Shown: positions 41,705 to 64,000 of the stretch, in pieces
Layout of the letters: each line of letters opens with the position of its first letter
How positions within the stretch are numbered: the first letter of the stretch is position 1
Assembly (NCBI RefSeq): GCF_009834535.1
Contig: NC_045701.1
Span: 20,522,001-20,586,000 of the forward strand
Source: Camelus ferus
Lineage: Eukaryota
Length of the DNA stretch: 64,000 bases
Direction: 5' to 3'
Notes under the pieces: model-generated
Database searches by the model: none
Told to the model about the DNA's origin: nothing
The model's input: the letters and a program-made list of their open reading frames with translations, nothing else
Position numbers and translations under genes: made by a program

Positions 41705-42205
41705 TACACCCATGGTATTTGTATACCCATGTTCATAGCAGCATTATTCACAATAGCCAAAAGGTAGAAGCAACCCCAAGTGTCTATTGCCAGATNNNNN
41801 NNNNNNNNNNNNNNNNNNNNNNNNNNNNNNNNNNNNNNNNNNNNNNNNNNNNNNNNNNNNNNNNNNNNNNNNNNNNNNNNNNNNNNNNNNNNNNNNNNNN
41901 NNNNNNNNNNNNNNNNNNNNNNNNNNNNNNNNNNNNNNNNNNNNNNNNNNNNNNNNNNNNNNNNNNNNNNNNNNNNNNNNNNNNNNNNNNNNNNNNNNNN
42001 NNNNNNNNNGGTTGGCAGAGACTGGGAGGAGGGAAAACAGGGAGTTGTTTAATAGGTAGAGTTTGTTTTGCAAGATGGAAAATGTTCTGGAGATTGGTTG
42101 CAAAACAATGTAAATGTACTTAACGCTACTGACCTGTACATTTTTAAATGGTGAAGATGGCAAATTTTGTTCTGTGTATTTTACCACAGTTAAAATAAAA
42201 AAATT
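41705..42205 (+). mobile_element. L1MB-type 3' end (with N gap)
   Basis: cccatgttcatagcagcattattcacaatagccaaaaggtagaagcaacc...gatggaaaatgttctggagattgg. Confidence 0.8.
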
Positions 42206-42269
42206 AAGATTACATGGGATCATAAGGATATAAATATGTTCATATATCAGTATCAAAATATAAAAATGT

Positions 42270-42555
42270 GGTATAGTAACAGTGCATTTTTATCCATGCA
42301 TTAAATAAAAACACCAAGAGGCAAGTCTAATAAAAATCGTAATTATAAAGTAGTAATGAATTCAAATGATGTTTAGATGTCTCTCCAACAATTGTAATGT
42401 GAAATGAAAATACTCCTTATTTCTATTGGCGAGAACATCACAGGTGCTGCTAGTACCAGTGGGTTTGCTGCCTACATTCATAATTTGAAGATGTTAAATT
42501 TCTGTTAGAGGTTAGTGAAAATAAAGGTATAATTTTTTACCTTCCAAGTTCGCAG
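42270..42555. mobile_element. Probable hAT-Charlie DNA transposon end
   Basis: gttagtgaaaataaaggtataattttttaccttccaagttcgcagaatccc resembles Charlie-family termini. Confidence 0.45.
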
Positions 42556-42619
42556 AATCCCTGACTTCTTCAGACACAATTTTAGAACCTCCGCTTTGTG
42601 ACCTTGGATAAGCTCCTCT

Positions 42620-45225
42620 AAACTTTTGTTTTCTCACCAGTCCTTAGTGTTGGACACATTACTAACTCCTTTACACTTCCAGGCAGTTATTTCACATCAT
42701 TTTTACCCCTCTACCTCTATTACTCCTCCCTCATCCTCTTTCTCAGTTGCTTCCTACTTTACTGAGAAAATTGAAGAATCAGAAGAGAACTTCCATAGAC
42801 ATCTACCTTTTGCACCTGTGTTGCCTTTTTCCATAGATTAACTGCCTGTGCTTCTGTGGAAAGCCACTCCTGAGTAGATCCCACTTCCTCTAACCTACTC
42901 GAGAACATCACTCTAGCAATCCTCTGCTCTTTCCTTCCTACATCATTCAAATTTGGGAGATAGTCCCCAGATAATTCCCAACAGCATACAAATATGCTCT
43001 TTCTTTTACTGTAAAAGCTTCTCTTGATCCGATTTCCCCCAGCAATTAACTCCCTGTTTCTTTGCCCTGTATCTGGCAAAACTCATGTTTCTTATACCCC
43101 TGTAAATGCCTTTTATACCATTCTCTTTAAAGCTCCTCCAGTCAGGCTTTCCCCTCACCATTTCACCAGAACTGCTCTTGTTCAGATTACCAATTAATCC
43201 ACATTGACAAACCCAGTGGTCAATTTTTTCCTTTTTCTTTTATAACAGTTTTATTGAAATATAATTCATACACCATATAATTCACCCATTTGAAGTGTAA
43301 TGTACAATTTAATAGCTCTTGATATAATCCACAGATATGCACAACCATTACCACTGTCAATTTTAGGACATTTTCTTCCCAATGTTCAATTCTTTTTTTT
43401 TTTTTAAATTGAAGTATAATTGATTTAGCATGTTGTGTTAGTTTCTGGTGTATAGCATAGTGATTCAGTTATACCTTTACATATTCTTTTTCATTGTAGG
43501 TTATTACAAGCTGTTGAATATAGTTCCCTGTGCTATACAGTAGGACCTGGTGTACATATATATAGAAATATATAATATATATAGATAAATATATCTATTT
43601 GTACATAGTAATTTGTGTCTGCTAATCGCAAACACCTCGTTTATTCTTCCCCCTCCCCCCTTTCACTTTGGTAACCATAAATTTGTTTTCTATGTCTGTG
43701 AGTCTCTTTTCTGTTTTGTCAATAAGTTCATTTGTGTCATTTTTTTAAGGTTCCACATGTATGTGATATCATGTGATATTTGTCTTTGACTTATTTCACT
43801 TAGTATGATAATCTCTAGATCCAATAGTCAATTCTTAATCTTCATTTTACTTGTCTGTTGATGGTATTTGACACAGTTGATCAGTCTCTTCTCCTTGAAA
43901 CATTTTTTTCACTTGGCTTTTAGGACATCACACTCTCTTCCTCCTTCCTCACTGGACATGGCCTTTCAGTTGGCTTTGCTTTTCTTTCCCCTGACTTATT
44001 TCTAGAGATTGGAGTGCCCCTGGGTGCAATCCTTTTGGCTTTTGTCCATCTTCCTGGGTGAGCTTGTCCGGTCTCGTGGCTTTAAATACCACCTATATGT
44101 TAAGTACTGCCAAGTTCACATCTTTAGCTCAGACATCCTTCACCATCTCCAAACTTGTATATACAACTGCATGCTCTACATGTGGATTCTGACAGACGAC
44201 TGAAAATGTTCAGAACTGACCCTATTCCACCAGCAGTGTTCCCTACCTCAGCTGATGACAATTTCATCCTTCTAGTTGTTCTGGCCAAAAATCCTAGAGT
44301 CATTCTTGATGCCATTTCTCTCTCAGATACTGTATTCAATCTATCAGGGAATCCTGTCAGCTCTACTCTCAATATGTCCAGAACCAAATCCCTTCTCCCA
44401 CCTCCTTTGCTACCCCCTCGTGCAAGTCACCACCATCTCTAGCTTGAATTACTGCAATAGCCTCCTAACAGGTCATACTGCTTTTATCCTTGTCTCCTGC
44501 GATCTATTCTTAACAGCAACCAGAGTGATCCTTTTAAAATAGAAATGACTTCATGTTACCTCTCTGCTCAAAACTCTGCAGTGACTCCCCATTTCACTCT
44601 AAGTAAAAGCCAAAGTCCTTAAAATGGCCCACAAGGGCTTCCATGACCTGCTCCACCCCTGCCTCTTACCTTCCTGACTTCATCTCTCACTACTCTCCCC
44701 CTCACTTACTTTGCTCCAGTTACACTGGCCTCACCTTCTTCTCAAACACTCCAGGCACACTTCTGACTTAGAGAGTTTGCACTGACTAGTTATTCCCTCT
44801 GCCTGGAAGACATTTCCTCACTTCCTTTAGGGCATAGCTCAAATTTCATCTTCTCCAAAAGGCCTCCTCTAACTAACTTACTTAACTTACTCAACTTACT
44901 TAGTCAGTCCTCTCCACACTCCTCTGCTTCCTCCTCCTTCACATCCAAACCCCCTTACTTTGCTTTTTTTCTCTTTTTGCTATAGCATTTATCACTTTTG
45001 AACATACAGTGTATTTCTTTTCTTATGTTTCTTTCTTTTTTTTTAGTTTTCTATTTTATTTATCTATCTTATGTTTATTTCATAGGTGCTTTTCTAGTGT
45101 CTCCTTTCCCTCTAGAATGGAAGCTCTCTCAAAACAAGAATCTGTTCATTGGTATATTCCAAGGATCTAGTAGTTTCAGACACAGAGTAAGTGCTCAATA
45201 AATATTTGCTAAATGAATGAAAAAT
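42620..45225 (+). mobile_element. Long L2 LINE interrupted by antisense L1 3' ends (about 43226-43821)
   Basis: L2 ORF2-like motifs and terminal gtgctcaataaatatttgctaaatgaatgaa; the inserted L1 block is flanked by degenerate CA(G/A)T(G/A)GTCAATT at 43214-43225 and 43822-43833. Confidence 0.8.
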
Positions 45226-46079
45226 GCAGACAATAATACCTATTCTAAAAAGTTATTGTAGGGATCATGTAACATACAGAGATCCTGACACACAGTGGAT
45301 ACACAACAAATGTTAGAACCATACCTCTCTTCTCTCTTCTCCAAATATCCTCCCTAGTTGCCTCTTTTAGCACTATTCCTTCCTGCCCCTCCAGAAATTT
45401 TCACCATTCTAGTCTCTCCTTTGAGTTTAAATCCAGGAAAATCTAACAAAAGTCCATAGATGTCATCTGAGAAGAAAAAGGACCCTAGGAGACCAGCTTT
45501 ACCCATTGCCACAAATCTTTATCAAATTAGGAAATGATCACCCAGAGAAACAGACAGCCTGAGGAGATGGATAGGTACATGTTTTTGTTGTTGGAGTTGG
45601 AGGTTAGTTGCACTGATTTAAAAATCAACTTTATTGAAGAAAAAAAAACCTAAAAAACAACTTAAAAAATCAACTTTATTGAGGCATAATTTACACACAT
45701 TAAAATATATACATTTTAAGTGTTTGATGAGTTTTGACAAACGTATAAATAACTTGATTTGGGGTGAAGGGCATTAAGGTCACCCTTATTATGCCGATCA
45801 ATGAGGTCAGCAGAGGTATCCAGGCTAGGAAAGAGAACACCAGGGTTCTTGGGAAACATACCCAAATAGGGACAAGTGGAGACACGAAGGGTCGACATGA
45901 GATTAGTCCCGGGGTCTCACTACACCAGGATCTGGACCTCCAGAACATCTGGCAACTTCGTGGCATCTCTTGGTCCTCCTGAGGGAGTGAGAGAGCCGGC
46001 TCCCTTTCACAACAATCTCACGTGTATAGGCCAGGAGGGGAAACCTGGAACTTAGTTCTCTCTCTCTGCTCAGCAACTC

Positions 46080-47200
46080 TCCTGCCATCAACCACGCCCC
46101 CATCCCTGCCCACCGATGGGGGGCGCTCCAGCTTCCGACAGCCAAACTTCACCGCTGCCACGACACCCACGGGGCCCGGTTTTCTCTACATCCCTAGTTA
46201 GAAACCGGCTTCAGGTCCGCAGCAGTACTGAGGGCGTTCGGAAAGAGCTGAAGCGCTGCGCCTGGAGCTGGCGTCAGGAATCCCCCTTCGAGTCAGCCGT
46301 CCTCCGGTCCCTGGGGGGTCTTGGCGCTATCCGCTGAGCCCGCCCAGCAACCAGGCCCTGCGTCCCGCCCGCTCTGCGTCTAAAGCAGGTTCAGCTTCAG
46401 TTAGATACGGCAACTCCAAATGCAGGTTAGCTGGATAACAAGAGGCAGCGGCTGGGGACTCTGGTGAGGGGTCTGAAGCTGGCCGCAGACTTTCTCCCAG
46501 TAACTGGGAGATCCCCTTCCGAAAGCCCAATGAGATGCACACCAATCTAAGAAGAAACCCGTGAGGTGCGCGCTAAGTGCGAGAGAGCGAAGCACCGCCC
46601 ACGCGGCTGGGAAATCGCTGGAGTGGCGCTGGCTGTGGGTGGGGCCGGGGGTGGGGCCCTGAAGGAGGGTGGGGCCGACCTGGGCTACGGGGTGTGACAG
46701 CCTAGTCCTGCACAACGGAGGGGGTGGTGGTGGCCCTCGTCTGTGGCTCCCGTTTTACTTGCTCTGGACCTCGCAGCCATGGAGGGACCCCAGGAGCTTC
46801 TGAGTGGGAAGTTCCGGCTCTGCTTCACCCCCGCTGCCCGGACAAGCCTGCTGCTTCTCAGACTCAACGACGCGGCGCTGCGGGCGCTGCAGGAGTGTCA
46901 GCGGCAACAGGTGTGACCGGCTCCGGGCCCCATCCTCTCTAGCCCCTGCCCCTCGGGATCTCGGGCCTCAGCCGACGACCCTGGCGAAGGGACCTGGGAA
47001 TGGGGAGCAGCACCCTTATGCTCCAGCCTCCCCACCTCTCCAAGTGAAGCCTGAGGCAGGTCTTCCCCGAACACCCTCTACTCCCCGCCGGCACCCAACG
47101 CTGGATTCTGGGGACAACGCTTCACCAACGCTTAGCTCGCCTCTCTGCTCTCCCGGCAGGTTCGCCCAGTGATTGCTTTCCAAGGCAACCGAGGGGTAAG
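46080..47200 (+). promoter_or_regulatory. ELL3 CpG island and promoter
   Basis: CpG-rich; two CCAAT boxes at about 46527-46546 and GC-rich boxes upstream of ATG 46779. Confidence 0.7.
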
Positions 47201-49561
47201 TGCGGGTCTGGGGTGTGGGGAGGTGGCATGCGGGGAGAACAGACAGGAAAGTCGCCATCAGGGCTGAAAGTAGTCACAGTCTGAGGAAGTTCCGAGAACT
47301 GAACCCTAAATTGGGAGAGGGGGCTGCTGGGGTTGTGGTCCCAAGTGGCTGCGGTTGCAGAGATGGTGCCGTCTCAACCTCCTGGGGAACTCCGGCCCAG
47401 CTGCACCTGGTGTGCTAACGAGCCCCGTGGGACCCATCTTCAGTCTTAAACTGGCTCAGGGAGGAATAGCATTGACAGGAGGGGGAGGAACTGACTTCAT
47501 GGGGCTCACCATCTCCTTTTGCCCACAGTATCTGAGGCTCCCAGGCCCTGGCTGGTCCTGCCTCTTCTCCTTCATAGTGTCTCAGTGTGGACAGGAAGGC
47601 CCTGGTGGTGGCTTGGACCTTGTGTGCCAGCGCTTAGGCAGGTAAGGGAGAACAGGTAGCAGGTAAGAGACTGTGGAAAGTACGGGAAGGGAATGTCCAG
47701 AGGTACTTAAATGTTCTCTATCCTCCTGGGTTTTTTTCATCACTTCTTTCCAGATCTGGGCCTAACCGCCTCCACTGCCTGGGCCCACTCAGGGAACGCC
47801 TCACCATTTGGGCAGCCCTGGATTCTATCCCAGCCCCATCTTCAGTTCAGGGACCCAACTTAACTGAAGATGCCAGAGATCATAACTGGCAGAACATGGG
47901 AGACGACTCTGAAGGAGACACAGTTTCACAGCCACACATGGCACTAGGAGAGGTGAGGCCAGAAATTGCAGGGAGTTGGGATAAGGTGGGGCAAAACCTG
48001 AAGCTCAAAGAGCCAAGTGCCCCTGCCACTTTCCCTGCCAGGTGCCAGATCCACTGGCAAGCAGCCAAGGACAGTCACTCCCAGGCTCCTCGAGGGAACA
48101 CATGGCACAGTGGGAAGGAAGGTACTTGGGGCAGGGTAGGACTAACCTGGGAAGCCCTGGTATTGTCTTCCTCTCTAATCTCCACCCTGAATACGGTAGT
48201 AAGAGATTTGGCCCTACCTCCTACCCTGGGCTTCATCTCCCCTAATCCCTTTTCAAATATCCTAGGAACCAGACCCATCTTCCAAACAGAGAGCCTAATC
48301 TGGCACTGCCTTCCTCTGCTAGCCGGAAACATCTGGATAAGGTAGGTGGTAACAGCAAGGGTTTTTCAAAGAGAGTTGTGTCCAATGAAGCTAAAATTTA
48401 AAAATTGACAGCCTTCATCTTCATGCTTCCAGAGCTCATTATAGGAAGTAATTTTCAAGAAAAGGGCAGAACATGAGGCTTCTGGCTTACTGTTTATGTA
48501 ACAGATATTTTCCAACAGAAACGTCCAGCACCTGTAGCCACTGTGGAACTAAAAGAAAAGAGGCTCAGAACTCTGTCTCCAACACCAAGTCAAAACCTTC
48601 AGGAGGGAGAAGATTGGGAGCAAGAAGATAAAGATGAAGACATGGGCCCCAGGCTGGCACATAGTCCCTCAGTTCAAGCAGGTGAGTTAATAAGGGGAGG
48701 GTGAAACTGCCACCATAGGGAAAAGGCCTACTATCTCCTTGTGTCTTGCTTCCTTCCTAGACTCTGAATCCCCAAGCCCTGAAGAAGTACCAGATTACCT
48801 CCTGTGAGTCCCCTGGCATTTCCAATTTTATCAAGTCTTATGCATATGAGATATTAAGATAACCTTCCTGGGAGCTGGAAGCTTTGGGGGCAATGATATT
48901 GAAAGTGACAGCTCTCTGCTCCTGGCAGGCAATACAGAGCCATCCACAGTGCAGAGCAGCAACATGCTTATGAGCAGGACTTTGAGACAGATTATGCTGA
49001 ATACCGCATCCTGCATGCTCGTATTGGGGCTGCCAGCCAAAGGTTCATAGAGCTGGGAGCAGAGATCAAGAGAGTTCAGCGAGGAACTCCAGAACACAAG
49101 GTAAGGATTGGACCCAGGCTGGTTTTCCAGCTCTCCTAGCCATAAACTCCCTGCTAACTGCCCATAAGCCTGTTTGTTCAGTGACCAAAGAAAGTGACAA
49201 GCAAGCTTGTTTTAAGAGGAAATTAGTCTGTATAATTTGGTAGAATAAAGGAAGTTACTTCCCTCTGTAAGAGAACTGGAGCTTTTTTCTCAAGGTTGAA
49301 CTTGATGCTAGTATGTTTTGTTTCAGGTGCTGGAAGAAAAGATAGTCCAGGAATATAAAAAGTTCAGGAAGGTAAGACAAGGCCTGGGAATGGTAGCAAG
49401 AAGGCAGAATTAATTTGGTTGTTGTTGAAATGGATGTTTTTTCTCTGCAGCGGTGCCCAGGTTACAGGGAAGAAAAGCGTCGCTGTGAGTACCTGCATCA
49501 GAAATTGTCCCACATTAAAGGTCTCATCCTGGAGTTTGAGGAAAAGAACAGAGGCAGCTGA
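46779..49561 (+). CDS. ELL3: RNA polymerase II elongation factor ELL3, 389 aa
   Basis: Exons 46779-46910, 47160-47195, 47529-47641, 47754-47952, 48042-48121, 48266-48341, 48519-48681, 48761-48803, 48929-49100, 49327-49371, 49451-49561; 1170 nt, open frame. Contains LRLNDAALRALQECQRQQ and the C-terminal occludin/ELL domain (QYRAIHSAEQQHAYEQDFETDYAEY...HIKGLILEFEEKNRGS). Confidence 0.96.
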
Positions 49562-50104
49562 AGCTGTCAAAGGGCTCTTTACCCCTCTGGCTCAGTGTGA
49601 TATGAAGGAACAAAGCAGCTACTAAGAAATAGAGTGCAACTGTCTGCTCATCTCATTGCTGAGTCCATGGTGGCAAGTAGGAGAGCTGCTCTAGGTTCTT
49701 AAAGTTTGCTTTTCATTATTGCCATATTTAAAATGTAAGGGTGTGGGTACAGTGCCCAGGCTCCACAGCTGTGCCCAGGAGACTAGGAAAAAGTAGTAGA
49801 GGCCTGGCTTTTTCACCTTTAGTTCAGCCAAGTAATTTTTCAAATCCTGAGAAATGACATCATTTCCAGGACAATATACCATCAGGATATTAGGATTTAG
49901 CCTGGTAGCCTTCCTAAGACAATAAGAACTTTTAGTAACAGAGCTAAAGGAACTTGTGATACAACTGGATATAATGGGAAAGGGCTTGGGTGTTACCCAT
50001 GTACTGAAAATGAATTCTTTTACAAACATAGCTAAAAAATTAAAACTAATTGTTTGTGTGTCCTTTGTACAAGTTTATATGATTTCCTTAAATCCCCAAA
50101 GGTA

Positions 50105-50270
50105 GTAGTTCTTACTCCTAGTTGTGTATCTGAACCTCTTCTGGGGCTAAAAAATTAGATCCTCAGATCCCAGGCCAGGTCGCATTAATTAGAATCTCCA
50201 TGATTACAGTTAGGTGTCTTTACTTCTTTCATAGCACTATAGATGACCCTGATACATATTTTTGCTATGA
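50105..50270. mobile_element. MER5-like DNA transposon fragment
   Basis: cagatcccaggccaggtcgcattaattagaatctcc resembles the MER5A core. Confidence 0.45.
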
Positions 50271-50899
50271 GGCTCTACCTAATCTATCTTACAACTGACA
50301 TCTGGAGGTTACAGTAGGAATAAAGTTCTTTTCTAGACATGCAAGTTGAGGACCATGAGGGGCTCCCATCTGGAATTATCCAGTAACTGAAAACCATAAC
50401 TAAAGATAGGATTTGGATTTACCCACAAAAAGGAAGAGGGAAATGATTTAATTTGAACCAAAGATCACACCAGTCCTATTCATTCCTCACTGTTACATAA
50501 TGAAATAGATGTTTTACTTAAACCAGGAACGATACTGCCTTTCCCAGTTCCACTGGAGAGGGAAGTTAATGGCCACACCCTGGGGTTTGGGGGAGAGAGC
50601 TGCACCCAGCAACATCAGCAATTCCTGAAACAACTTGGATGGAACCCCAACCTCATGCCACACCCACATAGGACACCTCTGGGCAGAGAATAGCCCTTGG
50701 GAGGTATAAACATGCTCAGCTGCATGGCAAGGATAAACAGCAACCTATCCTTAGGGCATGGGCAGGCCAGAAACAGCCCAACAAGAAAGGCCCCTCACCT
50801 GTTCTCATCAGGCTATGGGCCTGGGCAATAAACACGTAAGGCTAGGAAGAGATGAAATTTGGAAAGGATTTACAGGTGATAAATATGGACCCTGTACCG

Positions 50900-51063
50900 T
50901 ACAGTTGTTCTGGCCATTATGGTAGTCACTACATGTGACTATTTAATGAAAATTTAAAATATGGTTTCTAGCTACATTTCAAATGTTCAGTAGCTACAGG
51001 TATTAGACAGTGAAGATTATAGAACATTTCCATCACTGCAGAAAGTTCTATTGGACAGTGCTG
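50900..51063 (-). mobile_element. MER3-type hAT-Charlie DNA transposon
   Basis: tagaacatttccatcactgcagaaagttctattggacagtgctg is the MER3 terminus. Confidence 0.75.
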
Positions 51064-51121
51064 GTCTAGAGAACCTCTGGTTCCCCACATCATGGAGAAA
51101 AGACAGTATAAAGGGGGCTCA

Positions 51122-51127
51122 TTTATT
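51122..51127 (-). terminator. PDIA3 polyadenylation signal AATAAA
   Basis: TTTATT on the + strand about 310 nt past the PDIA3 stop. Confidence 0.7.
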
Positions 51128-51436
51128 GTCACTGTTCCAAATGTACAAAAAAAATTAGAAAATAACCCCCCAACTCAATTCCCCCCACCCGCACAACAAT
51201 CTCCCCAACACAAATAATTTTTCCCAAAACTGCAAACATAAACTGGTTCTGGTATTTTCATAAACAGTGCAGCTAAGAAACAGTTTAGAGAAAATTTAAC
51301 AGGGTTCAGATTATATCCATTCTATCCTCTCAGCCGTGAGAGGTAATAATCCCACATGGCTCCCGGTCCTCCCTAATGGTTTTCCCCATCTCTGGTGGAA
51401 GAGTCCTTTTACAAAGTGGTATGTTTGGCTGCTGCT

Positions 51437-63834
<12,398 letters not shown>

Positions 63835-64000
63835 CTATATAGATTGAATAAAAAAAAAAAAGCCAAATTCTCAGTTTAATCCTACATGTTTGTTAACTTC
63901 GTTTCTCTAGGAAGGATCGGAAACTGTAATACTACTTTTGAATTAGTAGCTGCTTCCAAAAGCAAAAACATCACCTAAACAACATCCGTTAATGATAAGG

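Noticed and set aside
45760-46060. Non-repetitive stretch upstream of ELL3 that might be a distal SERF2 exon
   Set aside because: No convincing splice-site pair or recognisable homology from the sequence alone.

Overview
Mammalian genomic DNA, most likely a camelid: it carries about 9 copies of a short tRNA-derived SINE matching my recollection of camelid Vic-1, and artiodactyl-type L1 3' ends. The window is syntenic to human 15q15.3. Gene order: WDR76 (-, exons 1-4, runs off the left edge), MFAP1 (+, 9 exons, 439 aa), HYPK (-, 4 exons, 121 aa), SERINC4 (+, 12 exons), SERF2 (-, exons 1-2 visible, exon 3 in an N gap), ELL3 (+, 11 exons, 389 aa), PDIA3 (-, exons 2-13, exon 1 off the right edge). 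Exon boundaries were traced by hand to GT-AG sites and are phase-consistent apart from the two frameshifts below; protein identities come from remembered orthologue sequences, not a database search. The assembly is a draft with 7 N runs. The rest is L1/HAL1, L2, MIR, MaLR LTR, hAT/MER DNA elements and SINEs. Main observations: (1) a +1 frameshift in SERINC4 exon 2; (2) a +1 frameshift in WDR76 exon 2; (3) a tailless 27-nt U6 snRNA retrocopy with an 18-bp TSD between the divergent WDR76 and MFAP1 promoters; (4) splice-phase compatibility that would allow an in-frame SERF2-HYPK fusion across the antisense SERINC4; (5) several minimal retrotransposition events. Both frameshifts could be assembly errors. 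I see no evidence of a wholly new gene or biological system.
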